This document shows positions 53,467 to 62,820 of a stretch of 64,000 nt of DNA, piece after piece. Source of the DNA: an uncultured virus (IMG/VR IMGVR_UViG_3300020200_000019) (taxonomy: Duplodnaviria; Heunggongvirae; Uroviricota; Caudoviricetes); the IMG/VR virus record IMGVR_UViG_3300020200_000019. One strand, given 5' to 3'. Each line of letters begins with the position of its first letter. Positions within the stretch are counted from its first letter, which is position 1. The translations under genes were made by a program, and so were the position numbers. The notes beneath the pieces are model-generated. The model had not been told where the DNA came from, searched no databases, and was given only the letters and a program-made list of their open reading frames with translations.

Positions 53467-54498
53467 GTGCGTGCAGAGATTCGACGGCTTTGGGCGCTGG
53501 TCGAGCGGAAATATCCGCCCGGAACGGTGCGTTCCTGGGCGATGGGGGATTTCGAGAAGCAGAAGGACGGCTCGTGGGTTCCGGTAGCGGCTCGGAAGAC
53601 TACCGTTTCTTCCACGCCCCCGTCGAAACCCCCGCTGAAGAAGCGGCCAAGCGCACCACCCCCCAGTAACCCTGGCGAGACCCTTGTCCGGTCGATCAAG
53701 CGCCCTCCAGGCTGGAGGGCCTCCACGGACGAGCCCAACTTCAACCAGGAAACATGGCCTTCTTCCCACACCGCTGTCTCTCCGAAAGGCAGCTTGTATG
53801 TGGGAACGATCCACGCTGATCTCTCCCAGGACTCCCCGGAGATGGACTATGTGAAAGATGTTCTCGCTCCCCAAGCAGTCAAGGTGGCGCGCAAAGCGGT
53901 GCGCCAAGGGAAGAAGGTGGTGTTCTTTTCGGAGGGTCGGAAGACCGATCCTGGGGCCGCCTGGATGTTTAGCGAGCAGGACGTTATTGGCCGGGCGCTG
54001 CACGACGCCTTCGGCGCACGAGTTGAACTCGACACCTGGGACGACTTCGCAACGGACGTGCTTGCACGCACGTCACCGATCTGGGAACGGTTGGCCCAGG
54101 TTGCCGGGGGGCGTGGCGAGGCCGAAGCCGCGATGACCGCCTTCATGGTCGGTCAGGGGGTGGCTCCAGACGACGAGGAACATGCGGGGATCATCACGCC
54201 CCAAGCTCGGAAGATCCTCAAGAAGAAGTACGGATTGGATCTGGACCAGATCGGGAAGCAGGAGCCGGACAAGGACGGGAACGATCCTATCGTTGCCCAA
54301 CTCTATCGGATGAGCTTTCCTGGCGACTTCGGCGACCCTCACAACAGCATCTCCGCTGTGGGAGAGGTCTACAACGCGGCGCGGCAAGATCGCTTGCTTG
54401 CCAGGGTGAAAGAGGTGGAAGATGCGGGAGGTGTGGCGATCGTTTCCGCAGGCGCTTCCCATATCTACAGCCTGAAGCCTGCTGTGGAGAGGGGTTAG
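53467..54498 (+). CDS. Protein with a YPPGTVR leader and a TraB/PrgY/TIKI-like domain
   Basis: LYVGTIH, VFFSEG, ARQDRLL, IVSAGASH; TAGGAT 6 nt before GTG. Confidence 0.6.
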   Translation: MRAEIRRLWALVERKYPPGTVRSWAMGDFEKQKDGSWVPVAARKTTVSSTPPSKPPLKKRPSAPPPSNPGETLVRSIKRPPGWRASTDEPNFNQETWPSSHTAVSPKGSLYVGTIHADLSQDSPEMDYVKDVLAPQAVKVARKAVRQGKKVVFFSEGRKTDPGAAWMFSEQDVIGRALHDAFGARVELDTWDDFATDVLARTSPIWERLAQVAGGRGEAEAAMTAFMVGQGVAPDDEEHAGIITPQARKILKKKYGLDLDQIGKQEPDKDGNDPIVAQLYRMSFPGDFGDPHNSISAVGEVYNAARQDRLLARVKEVEDAGGVAIVSAGASHIYSLKPAVERG

Positions 54499-54525
54499 CT
54501 AGCGATGTTCTTCTGGGCGCTCTGC

Positions 54526-54541
54526 GCGACCATGTGGTCGC
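54526..54541. promoter_or_regulatory. 16-bp palindromic motif, perfect arms
   Basis: GCGACCATGTGGTCGC, upstream of the tape measure. Confidence 0.7.
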
Positions 54542-54576
54542 TTCCCGGAAGGGGGTGGTCCCTATCGGGCTGAACT

Positions 54577-57500
54577 TTGTCGGCCTGGGTTAGCTTTACC
54601 TTCGGTGCCAAGGACGCGGGGCTTAACAAGCGTCTAAAGCACTATGGAGTGGGGTTTGGTAAGATCCACGCCGCCCTGGACGATATGGGTGCGTCCGGCA
54701 AGAAGGGGGCGAGCGGGGTCAAGGACTTCACCTCGGCGCTTGACACCAAGCAGACGGAAGGGCTGAACGCTTCCCTGGAGAAGCTCCACGCCCTGCTCGA
54801 AGAACAGCTTCCCAACTCCTCCGCCAAGACCGGGAAGGCGATCAGGCAGCAAAGCTCCGTCTTTAACACCTACACGCGGGACGCGGGGCGGGGCCTGAAG
54901 CTGATCGAGGGAGCGGTGAGCCGCCTGGGCAAGATCTTGTCCCAGGTGAAGCTCTCGAACTTCCTCTCCGTCTTTTCCCTCTCCCGGCTAGGGGACATCG
55001 CGCGCGGCGTCGAGAACCTCGCCACCGGGGGGCGGAACCTCACCACCGGCTACGAGGCCCAGCTTGTCCAGATGGACAAGTCCGCACGAGCGACCGCTGT
55101 CCAGTTCGGGATGACCGGGAAGGCGGTAGGGAAGTTTTCTGCCCAGGCCAGTTCGATGGCGATCGGTCTCAACATCGACGTGGGCAAGGCGTCGAGCGCG
55201 ATCTACGTCTTCAACTCCAACATGGACGAACTGAAGGCGTTGGGCTTCAAGTCGGCCCAGTCCTTCGCCAAGTTCGGGGAGGTGTTGGGGGTAGATACCA
55301 ACCAGTTTGGGTTCTTCGCCGCCGAGGTGAAGTCGGTTCTTGGGGACGACGCCTACGCGAAGAACGCGAAGAACCTTTTCGGGGCCTTTGGTCGGTTCGG
55401 ACAGCAGTCGGGCGACGTGAAGGGGGCCTTCGACATGATGAAGGACGTGGTGCCGCAGTTGAAGGAGGCGGCGACTTCTTCCGGGCAGATCATGGACGGC
55501 GAAACGCTAGCCCGCTACGGCAAGGGCGTGGCGGTTGCCGCCGCAGGCTTCTTCGCGGTCTCCCACAACGCGGCGGAAGCCAAGTCGTTGGCCCTGAGCA
55601 TGTCCAGCAACATGGTCAAGGCGCGGCAGAACATCGCCAACATGTTCGCGGGTACCGAGGGGGACCTGAGCGCGATGGCGACCGAGCTTGGTGTGGCGAC
55701 AGGCGACATCAACGCCTCGTTCAATCTTATCAAGAGCAACCCCGACGAGTTCGCCAAGGGGCTGTTCCAGATGGTTCAGGCTGCCAAGAAAAATGGGGTT
55801 CCGCTGGAGCAGCAGATGTCCTTCCTGGGAGCGCGGCTGGGGGCTGCGTTCGGCCCCGAGCAGGCTGCCCAGCTAATGCAGTTCTTCGAGAAGGGTGGGG
55901 AGAAGGCCCTCGACGCGATGGCGGACGCGCAGAGCGCGACGACCAGCCTCGCCAAGATGGGGGAGGAGGGCTACCGTACCGGCCGCACGCTGGCTGAGAG
56001 CTTCGAGCTTGCGGAGAATCGGTTCATCAAGACCTTCCGCGACGTGGGGCGAGCCGAGGCCCGGAAGTTCGTCAGTGAAACGGGGAAGGAGTTCGACAAG
56101 TTCGGGAAGAAGGCGAAGGAGATCGCCAGCGACGGCGGCCCGCTGGGTGCGATCGTCAAGAAGTTCTCGGAGATGCACCAGGTCGGTGCCCTGGCCCTTC
56201 TTCCCCAGAGCCTTCGTCCCATCGCTGCCGTGTTCGGGACCATGCTCAAGGAGGGGGCTCCCCTGATCGGGATGCTCGGTTCGCTCGGCTTCCGCCTCTC
56301 CATGCTCGGTCCCCTCCTCCCCATCGCCGCCTTCGGGGCCTTCGTGTGGGCGATGAAGTCGGCGGAGAACCAGGCGGTCGCCACGGCCGAGGAAGCGGCC
56401 AATAGCGGGAAGTCGATGCGGGGGCTATCGCAGGGGGTCCGCGATCTCGAAAAGCAGCAGCAGAAGCTCGTGTACGGGACCGAGGCGTGGAACAACGTGC
56501 AGCGTCAGATCGACCAGAAGAACTACCTCCTCAAGATGGCGAAGGCGATGAAGGCGGCGGCGGGGGACGAGAAGAAGCTCGCCGCTCTACGGACTCAGGT
56601 CGCGGAGCACGAGCGGCAGCGTTCCATCGAGCAGGTGAAGCGCATCGCCAAGAGCGTGACCCAGAAGGTCGGAGCTTTCATGCAGGCCCTCCCCTCCATC
56701 GTTCGGGAGGGCGCGAAGATGTTCGTCGAGGTGTGGAAGGAGATCAAGGACCCGCTCCTCGACGCCCTGAAGGCCGCCTGGTCGTGGGTGAAGACGAAGG
56801 CCTGGCCCGCCATCAAGGACTTCCTGAAGGGCATGTGGGATGGCCTGATCCACGGAACCAAGGCAACCGGCACGAGCGCCTCCACCCAGCTTGGAGCCCG
56901 CATCGGCCAGGTTGTTCGGAACGCCCTCGTCTTCGCCTGGCGCTGGGCCAAGGACACCGCCTGGCCCGCCATCGTGGATTTCGTCAAGGGTGTCTGGGAC
57001 GGGCTGTTCCGCCAGGCGAAGGCAGACGAGCCGAGCGCGTCGGCCCGCCTCGGAGCGAGCCTTGGTTCCGCCATCCGAGGGGCGTTCGACTACGCGGTGA
57101 AGTGGGTCAGGGACTACCTGAAGGGTTGGTGGGCGACGGTGACGGCGATCTGGACCGACTCGTCCAAGTCGTTTACCGAGAAGATCAAGGAGACCTTCAA
57201 GGCATCCGGCGGCGTCTTCGTCCTCCTTGCCGGGAGCCTCTTCCTGGTCATCCCTCTCCTCGGACGGCTCCTTACGCTGGGCGGTCTGCTCTCCGGCTCC
57301 TTTGGCCTCGTGCCCAATGTGTTCTGGCAACTGGGAAGCAGCTTGATGTTTGTTCTCAGACCCCTCGGTTCCCTGTTCAAGGGGTTCGGTCAACTGGCGG
57401 GACGTATCGGCGGGTTGGTCTTTGGCACGATCCCCAAGATCGGGTCGGTCTTCGCTTCCGTGTTCGCTGGGGTGGGTGTGCGGCTCCTGGCCTTCGGCAA

Positions 57501-59295
57501 GGGCATCCTCGCGTTCTTCGGGAGCATCTTGGCCCCGCTGGGTTCCTTGTTGATGAAAGGGTTGTCTCCCCTGATCCAGATCGGTCAGTTCGTCTGGGCG
57601 GTGATCTCTGGGTTGTTTGGCAACCTGCTCGCTTTCCTGGGTCCGGTCGGGAAGGTGTTCGTCGGCCTTTCCGCCGGAGCGTGGGCCGCGATCGGGGCGG
57701 TGGTGGCTCTGGGAGTGGCCTTCACCCTCTGGCCCGAGAAGACGCAGGCAGCGGTTGATTGGGTGACGCAGAAGATCAGGGAGTGGTTGCCCAAGCTGGT
57801 TCCGATCGTGATGAACGCTCTCGCGTTCGTGGCGGGGATGATCTGGAAGGTGGTGTCCTACGTTTGGTCCAACATGCCGCAACTTCTCACCGGCTTGGTT
57901 AAGGCTCTTTCCGCTATCGTGGACATAGCTATAGCCGCTCTTTTGGGATTGTTCGACGGGCTCCAGAACTGGCTCATGGAGAAGTTCCCAGAGTCGGCAG
58001 GAACGATCAAGAACGTATTCGACTTCCTGAAGTCTGCCGTCGAGGTGGCAGGGAGCGCCATCAAGGTTGTTCTCAAGGTGATCGGGTGGTCTTTCGAGGT
58101 GTTGTGGTCGGTGGCGAAGGGCGTACTCAAGGGCTTGTGGTGGGCCTTCGAGACCTTCGTGCTCACTCCTCTGGGCTGGATATGGAAAGCGGTGAAGAAG
58201 GTGCTCTCCGCCTTCTCGGAATCCTCTAAGTATTCCGATGAACAGATTGCTCACGCCTACGAGGGCGGGGTGCATCAGATGGAAGCGATGCCCGAGAAGG
58301 CGGCGATGGCTGGTGCGGCTGCGGCTGAAGGAGCGACGCAAGCAGCCAAGGCGGTGACGGATGCGGCGGTGACGGCGAACGAGAACACCTTGAAGGCGGC
58401 TCAGAAGGGGGTGGAGGAGCAGTCGAAGAAGCTGACCGAGAATCTGGGGAAGGCCGCCGAGACTGCCGCCAGCACTACGAACGTCACGATGCTTAGGGAA
58501 CTGGAAGCGGTGGCGAAGCGCGCGATGGAAATCTCCGAGACCGCGAAGACCGAGGCTTCCGTGAACGCCGCGAAGGGTATTCTGGCTGAGATCGAAAACG
58601 CCCAGAAGGCGGCGACGGCAGCGAAATCGAAGGAGGATGTGGCGAAGGCCCAGCAAGTCCTGGATGGTCTGAAGAAGCAGGCCGCCGACCTCGAACTCCG
58701 GGTGGGGAAGACCCAGGTGGGAGGCTTCGAGAGCACTCCGGCCAGCCTGGAAGCGTTTGCCGGACCAGCGGTGAAGAAGAAGCGCAAGGGAGGCTGGACG
58801 GAGGAGATGGGACAGCAGGTCGTGGACGGCTACCAGAAGGCGATGGGGACGATGACCGAGAACTCCAAGGTCTTCCTGACCGAGCAGATCAAGACCTTCG
58901 GGACCCTCACCGACACCATCGTCCAAAAGTTCCAGTCCGCGTGGGACCGGATCTTGGAAGCCTCCGGCCGGTTCGCCGAGCAGCTTTCCGAGCAGGTCAG
59001 CCAGGCCCTCCTCCGCATCGAGACCCTGGCCGCCACCGCCCAGGCCGTCCAGGTGCTCTCCGAGGCCCCGCGCGCGGCCCCTCCTCCGGCCCTCTCCAAG
59101 CCGATGACCAAGGAGGAGCGGGAGGACGCGCTCCTTCAAGCGACCCACTGGCCCCAGTGGTACGAGGAGTACCGGGTGCAGTTCGCCAAGCAGATGCTCG
59201 GGCTTCAGGGCGCGATCCAGAAGTCCGGCACCTCCCAAGAACCCGTTCGACGTGGGAAAGCCCTCCCCCCAGTACGCGGGAACCCAACGGAGTAG
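54577..59295 (+). CDS. Tail tape measure protein
   Basis: 1572 aa, Ala/Gly-rich and helical, Trp/Phe-periodic repeats and hydrophobic segments; follows the chaperone. Confidence 0.88.
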   Translation: MSAWVSFTFGAKDAGLNKRLKHYGVGFGKIHAALDDMGASGKKGASGVKDFTSALDTKQTEGLNASLEKLHALLEEQLPNSSAKTGKAIRQQSSVFNTYTRDAGRGLKLIEGAVSRLGKILSQVKLSNFLSVFSLSRLGDIARGVENLATGGRNLTTGYEAQLVQMDKSARATAVQFGMTGKAVGKFSAQASSMAIGLNIDVGKASSAIYVFNSNMDELKALGFKSAQSFAKFGEVLGVDTNQFGFFAAEVKSVLGDDAYAKNAKNLFGAFGRFGQQSGDVKGAFDMMKDVVPQLKEAATSSGQIMDGETLARYGKGVAVAAAGFFAVSHNAAEAKSLALSMSSNMVKARQNIANMFAGTEGDLSAMATELGVATGDINASFNLIKSNPDEFAKGLFQMVQAAKKNGVPLEQQMSFLGARLGAAFGPEQAAQLMQFFEKGGEKALDAMADAQSATTSLAKMGEEGYRTGRTLAESFELAENRFIKTFRDVGRAEARKFVSETGKEFDKFGKKAKEIASDGGPLGAIVKKFSEMHQVGALALLPQSLRPIAAVFGTMLKEGAPLIGMLGSLGFRLSMLGPLLPIAAFGAFVWAMKSAENQAVATAEEAANSGKSMRGLSQGVRDLEKQQQKLVYGTEAWNNVQRQIDQKNYLLKMAKAMKAAAGDEKKLAALRTQVAEHERQRSIEQVKRIAKSVTQKVGAFMQALPSIVREGAKMFVEVWKEIKDPLLDALKAAWSWVKTKAWPAIKDFLKGMWDGLIHGTKATGTSASTQLGARIGQVVRNALVFAWRWAKDTAWPAIVDFVKGVWDGLFRQAKADEPSASARLGASLGSAIRGAFDYAVKWVRDYLKGWWATVTAIWTDSSKSFTEKIKETFKASGGVFVLLAGSLFLVIPLLGRLLTLGGLLSGSFGLVPNVFWQLGSSLMFVLRPLGSLFKGFGQLAGRIGGLVFGTIPKIGSVFASVFAGVGVRLLAFGKGILAFFGSILAPLGSLLMKGLSPLIQIGQFVWAVISGLFGNLLAFLGPVGKVFVGLSAGAWAAIGAVVALGVAFTLWPEKTQAAVDWVTQKIREWLPKLVPIVMNALAFVAGMIWKVVSYVWSNMPQLLTGLVKALSAIVDIAIAALLGLFDGLQNWLMEKFPESAGTIKNVFDFLKSAVEVAGSAIKVVLKVIGWSFEVLWSVAKGVLKGLWWAFETFVLTPLGWIWKAVKKVLSAFSESSKYSDEQIAHAYEGGVHQMEAMPEKAAMAGAAAAEGATQAAKAVTDAAVTANENTLKAAQKGVEEQSKKLTENLGKAAETAASTTNVTMLRELEAVAKRAMEISETAKTEASVNAAKGILAEIENAQKAATAAKSKEDVAKAQQVLDGLKKQAADLELRVGKTQVGGFESTPASLEAFAGPAVKKKRKGGWTEEMGQQVVDGYQKAMGTMTENSKVFLTEQIKTFGTLTDTIVQKFQSAWDRILEASGRFAEQLSEQVSQALLRIETLAATAQAVQVLSEAPRAAPPPALSKPMTKEEREDALLQATHWPQWYEEYRVQFAKQMLGLQGAIQKSGTSQEPVRRGKALPPVRGNPTE

Positions 59296-59298
59296 TCG

Positions 59299-59604
59299 AT
59301 GCCGGTTCGCGTGCCGACGACCAGCCGCCTTCGCTTCCTCGACCTTGTGGTCGTGGACGGGGTGACGTTCTGGGATCTTCCCGAACTCCCAGACTTCCTT
59401 CCTCAGCCCGACGACCGGACGCATGTCGTCGAGGGGCACGATCGGCTCGACATCCTGGCCGACCGCTACTACGGGGACGTGACTCTCGGCTGGGTCATCG
59501 CGCATGCGAACGACATCGCGCTTCTTCCCATCGACCTTCAGGTGGGATCGACGCTGCGCATCCCGTCCCGGCGCTACGTGCTGGACCTCCTCCAGCGCGC
59601 GTAG
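59299..59604 (+). CDS. LysM/gp53/tail X-like baseplate protein
   Basis: HVVEGHDRLDILADRYYGD...WVIAHAN...LRIP. Confidence 0.85.
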   Translation: MPVRVPTTSRLRFLDLVVVDGVTFWDLPELPDFLPQPDDRTHVVEGHDRLDILADRYYGDVTLGWVIAHANDIALLPIDLQVGSTLRIPSRRYVLDLLQRA

Positions 59605-59610
59605 CAGACG

Positions 59611-61101
59611 ATGGCGACCGGCACCTCCCATAACGCGGCGTTCGACTTCTACAGCCCGTTCTTCGCGGCGGCGATCATCACCGACCCAGACAACCCGGCG
59701 AGTACGCGGTTCCCCTTGTGGACGAACCTCACCACCGATCATCAGGTGGTGCTGGCGGCCCAGAACCAACAACAGTGGAAGATCGACCACGATCACCTCC
59801 ACTCGTTGTCCTTCCTCACCGAACTCTCGGTCGAGCTTCAACTAGCCTACTTGCCGATCATCACCGCCACCCTCGCTCCTCCCTATCGGGAGGCCATCGC
59901 CTTCCTCGACTCCCCCCTCATCGAGTGGGGGCGCTCGGTCTTGGAGGTGCAGTTCGGCTATACCGGGGGTGCTCCTGACGGTCCGATCCTCTCCCACCCG
60001 CTCTCCGGTGTTCTTCTCAAGCCGGAGGTGAACCTGGGGGATCAGCCGACCATCACCCTGCACGCGCAGGGAATCGGGGGCTTCAGCGCGACGCGGCAGG
60101 AGGGGAACCGGACCTTCTCGCGCCGGACGCGCCGCGAGATCATCGAGGAGCTTGCCAAAGGCCCTAACGCTACGATGAAGCGCAACCTGAAGATCGACTT
60201 CTCGGCGTTCGGCCAGCGCGCCCGCGACTTCGATGCGTTCGGGGGTCTGATTTTCGACGAGGATGGGCAGGATGCGGATGACGTGGCGGGGAGGTTGCTG
60301 CTGGACGAGAAGATTAGTTACGCCCAAGGCGGTCTTACCGACTGGATGGCGATCTGGATGCTGGTTCGCCAATCCCAGTGCTGGATGTCCCTGGTGGGCG
60401 ACACGTTGCACATCTTCCCGCGCAACTCCGCTCTCAGCGCGGAGCCGAAGTACGCCCTCCGCTTGTTTGATTACCCCCGGGGGCAGCTAGGTCCTCGGGC
60501 GGGGTGCTTCCCGATCCTCTCGGTGTCCAGCCCCACCTCGGCCGTCTACCTCCCCGGGGCCTTGTGGGGCGTCACCGCTCGGGGGGTGTCCAGCAAGGAG
60601 CGGGAGCCGGTGGCCGTCACCACGACGGAGGAGAACGCGAAGCTGGCCCGCACCGGGAAGAAGGCCATCGGCCCGAAGGGGGACGCGGGGAACCCCGAAC
60701 CGAACAAGGACACGGGGGACGGGTTGGCCCAGTTGACCGGGGTGGACCCCATGGGGCCGAAAGTGCTGGCCGAGCAGCAAGCCGCCTACGCGGAGTTTCA
60801 TCAGGACGCGATGGGGGTGAAGTTGGAAGCAGAGACCATGCTCATCCCCGATCTCATCCCGGGCGAGGTGGTGAGTGTGTCTGGGGTCGGACAACGCTTG
60901 GAGGGGAACTACGCGATCTTAAAGGCTACCTACACCGTGCCCGCCTTCACGATGAAGCTCGAACTCATCTCCAACGTCGGGGAGATTGGGGTCATCGACT
61001 CCAAGCTCCGGGTGGCGCTGGGTCCGGTGAACGAGAAGAAGGTCGAGCAGAAGAATGAGGGCAAGAGCACGGTCGTGAAGAAACCGAAGAAGGGCGACTG
61101 A
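59611..61101 (+). CDS. Baseplate hub (gp27/GpD-like)
   Basis: VQFGY, Q..LTDW, PDL.PG..V.V.GVG...GNY; position before the spike. Confidence 0.75.
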   Translation: MATGTSHNAAFDFYSPFFAAAIITDPDNPASTRFPLWTNLTTDHQVVLAAQNQQQWKIDHDHLHSLSFLTELSVELQLAYLPIITATLAPPYREAIAFLDSPLIEWGRSVLEVQFGYTGGAPDGPILSHPLSGVLLKPEVNLGDQPTITLHAQGIGGFSATRQEGNRTFSRRTRREIIEELAKGPNATMKRNLKIDFSAFGQRARDFDAFGGLIFDEDGQDADDVAGRLLLDEKISYAQGGLTDWMAIWMLVRQSQCWMSLVGDTLHIFPRNSALSAEPKYALRLFDYPRGQLGPRAGCFPILSVSSPTSAVYLPGALWGVTARGVSSKEREPVAVTTTEENAKLARTGKKAIGPKGDAGNPEPNKDTGDGLAQLTGVDPMGPKVLAEQQAAYAEFHQDAMGVKLEAETMLIPDLIPGEVVSVSGVGQRLEGNYAILKATYTVPAFTMKLELISNVGEIGVIDSKLRVALGPVNEKKVEQKNEGKSTVVKKPKKGD

Positions 61102-61964
61102 TGGACGTTTCCGGCTTTGTCGAGAAGCTGCTCCTTGCGGGGTTGGAGCAGTTTCGGTTGTTCTACGGGCAGTACCGGGGGATCGTGACCCGCACCGACG
61201 ACCCGGAGAAGCGGGGTCGCGTCCAGGCGCATGTTCCCTCGGTCGGGCAGAGCGCCGCTCCCGACGTGTGGATCGACCCCGCTTTCGTCGGGGCCGGAGC
61301 CGATCGGGGGTTGTTCTGGCCGCCCGAGGCGGGGGACGCGGTGTGGGTGTCGTTCGCGCGCGGCAAGCCTTCCGAGCCCAACCTCTACTGGGGAGGTTGG
61401 TTTGGCGCTCCGAAGGACAAGACCGACGTGCCCGCCGAGCTTGGATACGGTTCGGGAAAGGGCGGGAAGCCGCTCCGCCGGGGCTTCGTGACCCGAATGG
61501 GCCACGTCTTTTCCTTCAACGAGGAGAATGGCAAGGAGGAGGTGGTGCTCCTCTGGCACAAGCCGGATGGCGGGGACAATGCGTTCTCCGATGCCTCCGT
61601 GACGGCCGACCGCTCGAAGGGGAAGACCGCGACCCTACGCTTCACGCCGGAGGGGAGCGTCGAGGTGACGGACCAGGAGGGGCAGGCCATCGTTCTTGAT
61701 GCCAAGAACAAGAAGGTGGTCATCACCGACGGGAACCAGAACGAGGTCACGCTCGACAAGAACGGGGCCAAGGTGAAGGCGAAGAAGGTCGTGATCGACT
61801 CGAAGCAGATCGAGTTGGGAGGTTCCTCCTACTCGGTGGTGCTCGGAGAGCTTCTCCAGCAGTACCTTGTCGGCCATACGCATCCGGCGTTCGGGGGGAC
61901 CACGGGGCCGCCGGTTCAGCCCTTCCTCCCGAGCATCCTCTCGAAGATCGTGAAGCTCTCCTGA
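61101..61964 (+). CDS. Baseplate spike (gp5/GpV/VgrG OB-fold)
   Basis: YRGIV...DPEKRGRV, P..GD.VWV.F..G, C-terminal HTH metal-binding tip. Confidence 0.9.
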   Translation: MDVSGFVEKLLLAGLEQFRLFYGQYRGIVTRTDDPEKRGRVQAHVPSVGQSAAPDVWIDPAFVGAGADRGLFWPPEAGDAVWVSFARGKPSEPNLYWGGWFGAPKDKTDVPAELGYGSGKGGKPLRRGFVTRMGHVFSFNEENGKEEVVLLWHKPDGGDNAFSDASVTADRSKGKTATLRFTPEGSVEVTDQEGQAIVLDAKNKKVVITDGNQNEVTLDKNGAKVKAKKVVIDSKQIELGGSSYSVVLGELLQQYLVGHTHPAFGGTTGPPVQPFLPSILSKIVKLS

Positions 61965-62413
61965 TGGCTCTCGATCTGACCGTGCTGGAGAAAGGGGTGC
62001 TGCGGCTTCTTCAGAAGAAGCCCTCGACTCCGCTGGAGTGGGGGAGTCGGTTGGGAAAGCTCTACGAACAGTACGCGAAGGGTGGTCGGGCGGCCGGGGC
62101 TCCGCCGAGCTTCACCGGCAAGGAGAAGGACGTGATGGCGGGGGTGTTGGCGGCGGCCTTCGAGTCCAAGGTGCCGGTGCCGGGGCTGCCGTTCGGGCCT
62201 GCCTTGCTGGCCTTCTGGATGACCCCGCCGGTCTCCTTCGGGGTCGGGGTGACGCTGCTGGTTCCCGGAGCGGTCGCGGTGGTGGCGGTGGTCACCGCCA
62301 TCCCGCCGGGCCTCCCCGATCATGTGTGCGCGCGACTTCTCGCCACCGCGCTCGACGTAGCGACCCGCACGGTCCTGGTTCAGGTGGGTCCCAACCTGGT
62401 TCTGTTGGTCTGA
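61964..62413 (+). CDS. Hypothetical baseplate-region protein
   Basis: TGATG coupling to the spike gene. Confidence 0.6.
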   Translation: MALDLTVLEKGVLRLLQKKPSTPLEWGSRLGKLYEQYAKGGRAAGAPPSFTGKEKDVMAGVLAAAFESKVPVPGLPFGPALLAFWMTPPVSFGVGVTLLVPGAVAVVAVVTAIPPGLPDHVCARLLATALDVATRTVLVQVGPNLVLLV

Positions 62414-62442
62414 TCTGTCGCCGATGGTGTAAGATCTCGACC

Positions 62443-62820
62443 GTGGCCGCGCTCTACAGAGGCATCGCCTTTCCCTTCCAACAGGGAGACACCTCCTTCC
62501 CGGAGGCGGCGACTGACAATGACTTGATCCGGCAGTCGCTCCTCCAGATCGTGCTCACCCAGAAGGGGGAGCGGGTGATGCGCCCTGACTTCGGGACGAA
62601 CGTGTTCTCCTACGTCTTCGAGAACAACAACGATGTCCTCGAAGAGATGATCCGGGTGGACGTGTCCCAGGCCGTCGCCCGCTACGAGCCTCGGGTCCTT
62701 GTGCGTGCCATCGACGTGACGCGCGAGGATACCACGATCAACATCACCGTCCGGTACGTGATCGTGGCGACCCGGCAGGAGGACAGCGTACAGATCCCTG
62801 TCCCCGGAGGGACTACCTGA
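62443..62820 (+). CDS. gp25/GpW-like baseplate wedge subunit
   Basis: GIAFPF, T.KGERVMRPDFG, YEPRV. Confidence 0.92.
   Translation: MAALYRGIAFPFQQGDTSFPEAATDNDLIRQSLLQIVLTQKGERVMRPDFGTNVFSYVFENNNDVLEEMIRVDVSQAVARYEPRVLVRAIDVTREDTTINITVRYVIVATRQEDSVQIPVPGGTT

Noticed and set aside
56587..59841. Long minus-strand ORFs (1084 aa here; also 32429-34645, 29193-31061, 21653-23515, 19736-21580, 37570-39411)
   Set aside because: Antisense shadows of GC3-biased + strand genes; no motifs and implausible composition
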